A stretch of 64,000 nt of DNA, taken from Candidatus Micrarchaeia archaeon (GTDB taxonomy: Archaea; Micrarchaeota; Micrarchaeia; Anstonellales; J096). The notes beneath the pieces were generated by a model. The model saw nothing but the letters and a program-made list of their open reading frames with translations. It had not been told where the DNA came from and made no database searches. Within the stretch, counting starts at the first letter, position 1, and each line of letters opens with the position of its first letter. The DNA lies in the NCBI GenBank assembly GCA_041500865.1, contig JBGQMY010000002.1:1982-65981 (forward strand). The letters are read 5' to 3'. Made by a program: the position numbers and the translations under genes. This document shows, in pieces, positions 57,258 through 64,000 of the stretch.

Positions 57258-57809
57258 CTATGCCCTGGCCCTGCGCGCACGCTTCTTTTTTTGCTGCTTT
57301 ATCCTGTATATTTCGGTATCGGCGTCGCCGATCCTGCGCTGCTTCTTTTCTAGCATTGGCCCAAATGCCCTAGGCGGGACGATGTTGGCCCTGCGCAGGT
57401 ACCAGAATTCCGGGCGGCCTGCCATCACCACGCCGTCCAGCAGGACCACCTTCCTTATGAACAGGGCCGCGGCCCCCTTGGAAAACAGGTATTTCTCATT
57501 CAGGGTCTTTATGGCGCCGTCGGTGTCGCCCATCCTGAGCTGGGCGATTGACATGCCTAGCCAGTTTCCCCTGTCCTGGTATAGGCCCTTGGCAGCCTCG
57601 AACTCCCCGCGCCTCATCGAGAAGTCACCGGACTTCAGTTTCTTGGCCGTGTACATCCTTTCGTATGCCTTTTTTGCTATACATTCTGCTATCGGCGGCC
57701 TGCTTATGATGAATCTCCTTAGGCGGTTAGTCAGTACGTTACCCTTCCAGTGCCTTCTTGCCCTGGAGTCGGGGAGCCGTTGCGGAATCATAGTTATATT
57801 TAGTGGCAA
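57258..57809 (-). CDS. Hypothetical protein, paralog B, with a strongly basic C-terminus (KQQKKKRARRARA).
   Basis: See paralog A. Confidence 0.4.
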   Translation of the reverse strand: MPLNITMIPQRLPDSRARRHWKGNVLTNRLRRFIISRPPIAECIAKKAYERMYTAKKLKSGDFSMRRGEFEAAKGLYQDRGNWLGMSIAQLRMGDTDGAIKTLNEKYLFSKGAAALFIRKVVLLDGVVMAGRPEFWYLRRANIVPPRAFGPMLEKKQRRIGDADTEIYRIKQQKKKRARRARA

Positions 57810-57882
57810 AGAGTATAAAAACCTTCTTTGGCTAATGCGGGGGATTCTAAAAGGTTTTTAACTGTTTGTCCCATATTGTTTT

Positions 57883-58326
57883 ATGCTTTCCGAATCGCGG
57901 TATGTGAAATCGGACATTGTCTTGCGCGAGATGGCGATAGACTCGTCTGTCAAGCTGTCGCGGGAAAGCCTTTTGCGGTGGCTTGCCCTGTCCTTGGGCC
58001 TTGTTGAAAGGAACGAAAGCAGGACTAATGTCATTCCGTTGCTTGACGTCTTGGTTGACGCGCATGTTTCCTCTGAGGGCTTGGAGCTGATGGAGCTGTA
58101 CAAGCGCGTGAACAAGAAATCCGCGATGGACGACAAGACCGTTTATTATCATGTTAATAGGCTGAAGAAGATGGGCCTTGTTTCGAAAAAAGGGAATCTT
58201 TATTATTTGGGCGACGGGTTTGAGAAGGACCTGAACACGATAATCGAAAATGCGTACAAGACTCGCATGGACGGCGCGTTTAGCTCTATTCGCGAAGCGG
58301 TCAATAGTTTGCAGAGCCGGAAATAG
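57883..58326 (+). CDS. Putative winged-helix transcriptional regulator.
   Basis: C-terminal wHTH-like segment TVYYHVNRLKKMGLVSKKGNLYYL. Confidence 0.45.
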   Translation: MLSESRYVKSDIVLREMAIDSSVKLSRESLLRWLALSLGLVERNESRTNVIPLLDVLVDAHVSSEGLELMELYKRVNKKSAMDDKTVYYHVNRLKKMGLVSKKGNLYYLGDGFEKDLNTIIENAYKTRMDGAFSSIREAVNSLQSRK

Positions 58327-58328
58327 CC

Positions 58329-58676
58329 TCAATACAGTTTTCCGCCGATTGGAACTTCCCTTTCAGGCTGGATTAAGACGCATTCCTTGTCTTGGCCAGG
58401 AACCCCCAATGTCAAAACTTCCGATAAAAACGGGCCAATCTTTCTTGGCGGAAAATTGACGACGCAAAGGACCAGTTTGCCTTTCAGGCTTTCCTTCTTG
58501 TAATTTTTCACTGCCTGCACGCTTGACGCCTTTATCCCGATTTCGCCGCCCAAGTCGATTTTCAGCTTATATGCGGGCTTTTTCGCTTCAGGAAAATCCT
58601 CAACCTCTATGATTTTCCCAACACGGATATCCAGCTTCTGAAAATCATCGGATGTTGCCATATGGACAATAATCAA
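58329..58676 (-). CDS. tRNA-binding domain protein (CsaA/Trbp111/EMAP-II-like OB fold).
   Basis: FQKLDIRVGKIIEVE..HP.ADKLY-type motif. The sequence ends ..GGKLY. Confidence 0.75.
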   Translation of the reverse strand: MIIVHMATSDDFQKLDIRVGKIIEVEDFPEAKKPAYKLKIDLGGEIGIKASSVQAVKNYKKESLKGKLVLCVVNFPPRKIGPFLSEVLTLGVPGQDKECVLIQPEREVPIGGKLY

Positions 58677-58725
58677 TAGTTAAGATTAAAAACTGGCTTT
58701 TCATTAGTTGTGGAAGGTGATGTTC

Positions 58726-58812
58726 ATGGCAAAAAAGAAGGAAAAGAGCAGGCACGAGAACAAATACGCGAGCTTTTCAAAAAAGGCAAAGAACAAGCAG
58801 TCCGAGAAATGA
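58726..58812 (+). CDS. Possible 28-aa Lys-rich micro-protein MAKKKEKSRHENKYASFSKKAKNKQSEK.
   Basis: ATG preceded at 6 nt by GGAAGGTGA. Not in the ORF track because it is under 60 aa. It lies in the divergent intergenic region. Confidence 0.3.
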   Translation: MAKKKEKSRHENKYASFSKKAKNKQSEK

Positions 58813-58885
58813 TTTCTTAGAGGCTGCCGATGGTTTGCAGGGCCGGAAGGCTTGCGATTAAATACCTATCTGAAGAAACAAAAGC

Positions 58886-59968
58886 ATGGCTAAAATCGGT
58901 GCATTGCTTGTTTTGGCGATATGCCTAGCTTCATTCGCCCATGCTGATGCCGTCCCGCTGCCATTTAGCTGGTCCAGCTATGTGGGCGAAAGCCAATGGA
59001 ACGTAATCGCCACCGAAGACGACAGCTCCTGCGGAGGCCACATCAGCCACACCCAGTATACCATGACCATGCAGCACAACCTGACCTTCGCGGTGATGGG
59101 AAACGTCGGCCATGGCAACGTCAGCGGAACGTTTGAAGGCAACACGCTCCACATCAAGAGCAGGGTCGTGCCGGACTCGGGCGGAGAATCGACGCTGTCC
59201 GCATACGACGTTGTGTTCAGCTCCGACTGCTCAAGCTTCACCACCATGTATTCCTGGGACTACAGGGGCCGCGGCTCGTGCAGCGGCACCACCAAACTGG
59301 ACGGGACAAGCACCAAGACCAGCTGCCCCGCGCCCACGGTCGTGCCCGTGATTCCGGAGGTCGCGCCGCCAACGACGGAGTCGCTGAGGGGCGAGATTAC
59401 CGATGCGCGCGAAGACCTCCAAACCACACTGGAGTCGCTTAAGATGATGAACGGCTACCAGGCGGCAGTCAACGCGGATAACAATGCGCTCCCGGAGTTC
59501 TCCGATGAGATGAAAGCCAAGGCCAACGAGGAAAAAGCCCGGTATGATGCGCTTGAGCCAAAGGTCGAAGCCAGGTACAAGGCCATACTTGACAAGGACC
59601 CGAACAACTTCTGGGCGAACTGGGACATGGCGGAGCTGAGGAAGAAGCAGGGGAAATACGACGAGTTCTTCGCGTACGTTGACACTGCGGCAAGCAACAA
59701 GAACCAGTTCGAGGGCACGAAAAACGTCGAGCTTGAGACGAATATCGCGCATGATTTGGGCCTGTCGAAGTTCCCGACGGTTGACAACAGCAGGGTGGTC
59801 AAGACAATCAGCGACGAGACCGGCAGATGGACCGGCGGGATGATTTACAACGTGAATGTGCCTGCCAAGGACAAGGGCACGATTGACACGCTGCTTTACA
59901 CCGTGCTTTCCGAAAGGGCCTATAACTTCGTCAACCGGGTCGCAGGCCTTCCTGGTGATAACAAATGA
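58886..59968 (+). CDS. Hypothetical secreted protein with signal peptide.
   Basis: MAKIGALLVLAICLASFAHA signal, Cys-containing N-domain, helical C-domain. Confidence 0.5.
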   Translation: MAKIGALLVLAICLASFAHADAVPLPFSWSSYVGESQWNVIATEDDSSCGGHISHTQYTMTMQHNLTFAVMGNVGHGNVSGTFEGNTLHIKSRVVPDSGGESTLSAYDVVFSSDCSSFTTMYSWDYRGRGSCSGTTKLDGTSTKTSCPAPTVVPVIPEVAPPTTESLRGEITDAREDLQTTLESLKMMNGYQAAVNADNNALPEFSDEMKAKANEEKARYDALEPKVEARYKAILDKDPNNFWANWDMAELRKKQGKYDEFFAYVDTAASNKNQFEGTKNVELETNIAHDLGLSKFPTVDNSRVVKTISDETGRWTGGMIYNVNVPAKDKGTIDTLLYTVLSERAYNFVNRVAGLPGDNK

Positions 59969-60399
59969 AAAACACGTGTTTGGGCTTTGCGTTGGCGATA
60001 GCCATGATATTCGCCGCAGGCTGCTGCGGCTTACTGCCCCAGCCGGCTGCTTCCAATGCGACGGTCGTCCACAATGCGACAAACCAGACGCCCGTGTGCG
60101 GCAAGGAGTGTTTCGTTTCCGCCGCGAATGCGTGCAGGAACGCCAGCATGCTGTTTGCCAATGATGCCGGCACCTTCAATTATTCCGTTAATCCAAGGTG
60201 CATTTTCACAAAGACGCTTTTAACCCTTAATTCCAGTGAGACGCAGGAAATGAAGAACCTTCTGCAGGGAAAGAACATGACTTGCGCATACGAAAAGGGG
60301 AAATTCGACCAAAGGCTGGTGGATTCCCTCATATTCGGCATGGAATACTGCGAAGGCGGCCTTAAAGAGGCGCTTGGCGAGCTGATTGTGTTTTCCTGA
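59965..60399 (+). CDS. Hypothetical small secreted Cys-rich protein. Lipobox-like AAGCC. Its start overlaps the upstream stop.
   Basis: MKNTCLGFALAIAMIFAAGCCG. Confidence 0.45.
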   Translation: MKNTCLGFALAIAMIFAAGCCGLLPQPAASNATVVHNATNQTPVCGKECFVSAANACRNASMLFANDAGTFNYSVNPRCIFTKTLLTLNSSETQEMKNLLQGKNMTCAYEKGKFDQRLVDSLIFGMEYCEGGLKEALGELIVFS

Positions 60400-60403
60400 A
60401 AGA

Positions 60404-60592
60404 TTAGCTTCTTGTGTATTCAATTTTGTATTCGTTCAGCATGTCCGCGACTTCGCGCTCGTCAAACGTGTGCACTTCTACTGTGTCGCCTTTCACAAGG
60501 ACCTTGTCCCCAAGCCTCTGGGACATGGCTTTGAGTATGTCGCCTTTTTTCGAGTTGGTTTCATACTCATCAAGGATATACTTCACTTTCAT
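60404..60592 (-). CDS. Hypothetical 62-aa protein.
   Basis: ORF only. Confidence 0.25.
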   Translation of the reverse strand: MKVKYILDEYETNSKKGDILKAMSQRLGDKVLVKGDTVEVHTFDEREVADMLNEYKIEYTRS

Positions 60593-60645
60593 GTAGTCAT
60601 TCGTGCATGGAACTGTTTATAATAGCCTTGCAGGGCCAGAAGCGG

Positions 60646-61221
60646 CTATGCCTTTAGCAGATTTTCCACGGTTTTCCTTGTTTTCCAATTCACTTTCTTC
60701 AGGTAACTTTCCAGCACGTCCTTCCTGAGCCTTTTTTTCATCTCCAAAATGACATCCGGATGGATAGGCTCCCTGAAACATACAAAATCTATGACCGTCT
60801 TTTCCAAATCCGAGACAGGGACTGCAATTCCATGGTATTGGACAATATCATAGCCAAAAAACATTTTCGGCGATATCCTCCTGACTATTACGTTTGTTCC
60901 CATGACCTGCCTTGTCCCTTGCCTGGTTTTTCTAGGGGTTATTATCACGGGGTTTGTCTCCTGCTCCCATATGCCCCTGATGGACAGGGCGTCCTGCAAT
61001 CCATAGTAAAACGGGGAGAACGCGAATCCCGAAGCGCTTGAATCATTGAGGAACGTGTATACGCCTCTCCCGATCCTGTTAAGCCCGCCTTTTTTCACCA
61101 GATTGGAGAGGATGAGCGAGACGTATCCCCTGCTGGCCTTTTTTCCAAATGCAGCGACAACGTCCCGTGCCTTGAAGAAGGGCCTTTCCGAAAAATGTTT
61201 CTTTATCTCCTTTGTTTTCAT
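60646..61221 (-). CDS. AbiEi-like antitoxin/transcriptional regulator (type IV TA).
   Basis: N-terminal AbiEi_4-like segment ARDVVAAFGKKASRGYVSLILSNLVKKGGLNRIGRGVYTF. Its C-domain resembles that of 63731..64000. Overlaps the upstream gene by 4 nt. Confidence 0.6.
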   Translation of the reverse strand: MKTKEIKKHFSERPFFKARDVVAAFGKKASRGYVSLILSNLVKKGGLNRIGRGVYTFLNDSSASGFAFSPFYYGLQDALSIRGIWEQETNPVIITPRKTRQGTRQVMGTNVIVRRISPKMFFGYDIVQYHGIAVPVSDLEKTVIDFVCFREPIHPDVILEMKKRLRKDVLESYLKKVNWKTRKTVENLLKA

Positions 61222-61862
61222 ACCGAAAACCTCGACCTTAAGACATCCTTAATCTGTTTTATTGACGGCACTGCGCCGGAATATACGATTGCGCTTAGGC
61301 TGTCCTTGTCTATCGGCTCGATGTCCAGGGCTTTTTTGATGATATCCTTTGCTTCGTCCGGGCTGGCGATTGACGAAAGGAAGTATACGTCGTAAATGTC
61401 CCGCATCAGTTTCCTTGAAATGTAAGCCTCGGCCTTTTCCATCAGCATGGGCCCGGGCATTATGGAGAAGATGTCCATTTTTCCCCCGTCTGCGCGCTCA
61501 TACGGGATTGGCATGATGGATTCTTTTTCAGGCATCCTGAAATTCGCCTCGAACCTCACTTCAGAAACCCCGTCGCTTATCTTTGAGAAGATTGTGTTTC
61601 CGGTGTCCTTGTATTTCACTATTGAAAGGCCTGCCCTTGCCATCGCGTCCCTGAACCTTTTTTCCGACCATTCCCCCTTTTTGAGGTAGAAGTCAACGTC
61701 CTCCGAAAACCTGTTCGCCCCATGGCACCGCCAGATTGCTGTTCCGCCGTGCATGACCGCAGACGGCGCGATTTCGTATATGGCGTCCACTAGCCTGTCC
61801 TGCAGAAGCGCGATGTCCCTGTGGGCCTTGCGCTTTAGCCTGTCGTAGAGCGGAATTTCCAT
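61218..61862 (-). CDS. AbiEii/DUF1814-like nucleotidyltransferase. Short at 214 aa.
   Basis: HGGTAIWRCHGANRFSEDVDF matches the GGTA...R.S.D.DF NTase motif. It is upstream of its AbiEi-like partner, which inverts the usual order. Confidence 0.55.
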   Translation of the reverse strand: MEIPLYDRLKRKAHRDIALLQDRLVDAIYEIAPSAVMHGGTAIWRCHGANRFSEDVDFYLKKGEWSEKRFRDAMARAGLSIVKYKDTGNTIFSKISDGVSEVRFEANFRMPEKESIMPIPYERADGGKMDIFSIMPGPMLMEKAEAYISRKLMRDIYDVYFLSSIASPDEAKDIIKKALDIEPIDKDSLSAIVYSGAVPSIKQIKDVLRSRFSV

Positions 61863-62256
61863 GATTTATATAATAAACGAATATTATATAAAACTATCGT
61901 TTTGGTTTATTATATAATAGGGGCATATTACTGGAAACTGGTTCTCCAGCGCCCTTAAAATAAAAGATTGGGGGAGGGGTTTAATCCCCCGCGGCCTTTT
62001 TCATTCCGCCTTGCCAGCTTCCATATCCTTGGGGACACTCGGCACGCCCTTTGCCAGGCCTTCCGCCATCTTCATGACTGTTTCGGCCTTTGCGACTTCG
62101 CCAGCTACTTCCATTGCCTTCGGAACTCTTTTTCTTGCCATCCAAATCACCAGATAAGCCGTCCGGGGGCCTGGTTAAAAACCAAGGCAGACCCCGTTGC
62201 CAAAGGGCCTTTCTTTTGCGAAAGAAAGCCCCTGGGGAAAGAAAGCGTTTTTTGCT

Positions 62257-62279
62257 GAAGCTTTTTCGCAAAAAGCTTC
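62257..62279. repeat. Hairpin GAAGCTTTTT-CGC-AAAAAGCTTC with flanking repeat units. Second copy of the element at 16886-16919.
   Basis: CGTTTTTTGCTGAAGCTTTTT is 20/21 identical to 16886-16906. Perfect 10-bp stem. Confidence 0.6.
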
Positions 62280-62464
62280 CTGGGTTCAAAAGAAGGCATT
62301 TAGGAAAAAGCCCTGGGGAAAGAAAGCGCTTTGCTCCGCAGCGCAAGCCGTGAAACGACATTTATCCAATAAACCAAACTATGCTTTTCTATCATTTTGG
62401 TTGATTGGGTAAGGGGCTCTTAGCTCTTTTTTGTTCGAATATGAGGGAAACCTTAAAAGTACAT

Positions 62465-62830
62465 TCAGTATTTCATGTCAGAAAGCGCCGCGCTCTCCCA
62501 TAAGGCAAATTCTTTTTTCATCGCTTTTACTTCTTTTGTGGATATGGGGAATAATTCTTTCAACCTTGATATGCCCACTACAATCGCTCTCCTCATTTTA
62601 GGGCTTGGGTTGTATATCCAGGTTATGCCCTTGACGCTTACGGCTATCTTGTTGCTTTCTTCCAGGTAAATCAGGATCGCCTTCAGCATGTTTTGGCTGA
62701 CTTTTTTTGGAAGCAGCTTCTTGGTTTGCGCTATTGTCACGACGCTGCCTTTTGCGCCCTTTATCGCTTTCTCAACCAATATGACCGTGTCCAGGTCCGG
62801 CGAATGCTGTCTTTTTTTCATTTTAATCAC
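62465..62830 (-). CDS. Hypothetical 121-aa protein.
   Basis: ORF downstream of the AbiEii gene. No recognisable motif. Confidence 0.3.
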   Translation of the reverse strand: MIKMKKRQHSPDLDTVILVEKAIKGAKGSVVTIAQTKKLLPKKVSQNMLKAILIYLEESNKIAVSVKGITWIYNPSPKMRRAIVVGISRLKELFPISTKEVKAMKKEFALWESAALSDMKY

Positions 62831-62840
62831 CAGTTATCTG

Positions 62841-63734
62841 TTAGGATGGGTACATGCCGCGTATCTTATCCTGTATCATCGACACAAGGCGGTTTGCGTT
62901 TTCCTCCTTGAGTATGCTTTTGTCTATGAAGATAAGGCGGTCTTCCTCAGTTATCCTTATGTCTGCCTTTGCGCCCAAAAACCCCTGGAGCTTTGCCCAA
63001 TAGCTGCGCCCCTTTATCGCATCCAGCTTCTTCCTTAGGCAGGACTCGTTGGAAAGCACACGGCCTAAAACGCCTTTCCGCTCCATCTCCAGCAAATCCA
63101 CTATGTCCCTGTTGACCGGCGCCCACCCCTCATCCGAGCCCCTTGTGCACAGCGCCCTTATTTTTTCCGCGCAAAGCTCCTCCATGGAAAGCACGCGGGC
63201 CTGGGCAGAACAAAGGGCTGGATATAAAGAAGGATATATCCTTGAATACGGATCTTCCGGAACCGGCGCTATCGGCGAAAAAGGCATATGCACAAGATCG
63301 AAGCACGGGCTTTCATCTATGCAGCTTACCGAAAGCTTTACCGGCCTTTTGAGGTATCCCGCGGAATCCATAAGCTTGAGAATGAATATCCTGCCGCCTT
63401 CCCTGTGCTTCTCCGCTCCGGCCGGCCCTGAGTTGTCTATCGCAAAACCAAGGTCCACGGCAAACCTCTCCAGGCCTTCGTGGAATCCTTTATAGCATTT
63501 CCTTGCATTTTCGCTGCCGAAAAGCGAGAAGTCGAGGTCAAAGCTGAACCTGTATGCCGGCATCGAGAAGCATTTTATTATCGCGGTCCCGCCCTTCAGC
63601 GCGAAATCAAACTTTTTCTGTATCTCCGGCAAGGTTGCGGTGAGGATAAAGTCCACGTATATGTAATCGTCCGGGAAATTCTCTTTCCTTAGCCTGAGGG
63701 AAAGCTCGTGCATTGACTCGAAATCAAGCCTCAT
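62841..63734 (-). CDS. AbiEii/DUF1814 nucleotidyltransferase toxin.
   Basis: KGGTAIIKCFSMPAYRFSFDLDF NTase motif. 297 aa. 4-nt overlap with the upstream AbiEi-like gene. Confidence 0.7.
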   Translation of the reverse strand: MRLDFESMHELSLRLRKENFPDDYIYVDFILTATLPEIQKKFDFALKGGTAIIKCFSMPAYRFSFDLDFSLFGSENARKCYKGFHEGLERFAVDLGFAIDNSGPAGAEKHREGGRIFILKLMDSAGYLKRPVKLSVSCIDESPCFDLVHMPFSPIAPVPEDPYSRIYPSLYPALCSAQARVLSMEELCAEKIRALCTRGSDEGWAPVNRDIVDLLEMERKGVLGRVLSNESCLRKKLDAIKGRSYWAKLQGFLGAKADIRITEEDRLIFIDKSILKEENANRLVSMIQDKIRGMYPS

Positions 63735-64000
63735 TTGCCCATCCTCATTGCAAAAGGCATCATCTTGATGGCCGCCTTGCTCGGATACCCGGACATAATG
63801 GTCTTTAGCAGGCTCTCCTTGCTTATTTCGTATTTTAATGAACGCTCCATCTCCTCCTTTGACACATTTCCGTTTAGATGCAGGTATATATAGTCCGCAA
63901 CCGTCCGCTCAATGCTGCTGACATTATACGGTATTCCGCGGTAATCCTTTCTCATTATCCCCAGCTCCATTTTAGCAGCCGTTTTCACGAAAACGGCCTT
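63731..64000 (-). CDS. AbiEi-like antitoxin, C-terminal part. The 5' end lies beyond the window edge.
   Basis: The frame stays open to nt 64000. The track start at 63988 is a GTG. The C-terminal segment GIPYNVSSIERTVADYIY resembles GIAVPVSDLEKTVIDFVCF of 60646..61221. Confidence 0.5.
   Translation of the reverse strand, partial: KAVFVKTAAKMELGIMRKDYRGIPYNVSSIERTVADYIYLHLNGNVSKEEMERSLKYEISKESLLKTIMSGYPSKAAIKMMPFAMRMGK

Noticed and set aside
60404-60592. 62-aa ORF as a possible antitoxin or ubiquitin-like small protein.
   Set aside because: There is no diagnostic motif (no C-terminal GG and no HTH), so it is kept only as a low-confidence hypothetical CDS.
61981-62361. 126-aa minus-strand ORF and 87-aa plus-strand ORF (62090-62353) in the long intergenic region.
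   Set aside because: They are Lys/Gly/Arg low-complexity translations of the repeat units and hairpins (AAAGAAAGC..). Both strands are open, which is typical of noncoding repetitive DNA.

Overview
This is archaeal chromosomal DNA, compact and coded on both strands. Recurrent TTTAAA boxes sit about 22-30 nt upstream of start codons, which fits leaderless archaeal mRNAs. The lineage is uncertain; the content fits an uncultivated, host-interaction-oriented archaeon, possibly DPANN-like. The ORF track uses alternative start codons: TTG at 47341 and 44819, GTG at 63988. Several 5' ends were therefore moved to the first ATG with a TATA box in front.

Core genes I can read directly:
- thioredoxin reductase (trxB), a small malic enzyme, a DUF2085 membrane protein, and ATP phosphoribosyltransferase (hisG, long form)
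- a ribosome-biogenesis cluster of KH protein, HEAT-repeat protein and RIO kinase, followed by a DHH/DHHA1 phosphoesterase and RNase Z
- FtsZ and the AglB/STT3 oligosaccharyltransferase (WWDYGHW motif)
- an intron-containing tRNA-Leu(CAA) and a tRNA-Thr(CGU)
- a ZIP-family metal transporter, aRF1, TBP, a solo IS200/IS605-type TnpB, and the L21e-RpoF-DUF655 cluster
- a Rad50-like ATPase, family B DNA polymerase, a NYN-domain protein, a DUF35 protein and a CsaA-like tRNA-binding protein
- two AbiE-like toxin-antitoxin pairs at the 3' end of the window

The most unusual content is a roughly 20-kb minus-strand block of surface proteins. It holds a 458-aa Cys/sequon-rich protein and a 4,396-4,407-aa giant protein. 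The giant protein carries a beta-helix, a subtilisin-like peptidase, RCC1-like repeats, about 25 Ig-like repeats dense in N-glycosylation sequons, a Gly14 linker and a C-terminal membrane anchor. After it come an HtpX-type protease and a 1,500-aa coiled-coil membrane protein. The 458-aa and giant proteins share a near-identical promoter, signal peptide and type of C-terminal anchor.

The second notable feature is a dispersed family of at least eight ankyrin-repeat genes plus one remnant. They have a conserved Lys-rich N-leader and a conserved C-terminal tail, ETAAF..(10-20 aa)..F.S.FREC.GA. One copy arose by a tandem duplication that carried its promoter along.

Two AT-rich noncoding loci share a repeated roughly 24-nt unit and near-identical hairpins.

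I found no CRISPR array, no reverse transcriptase and no prophage.
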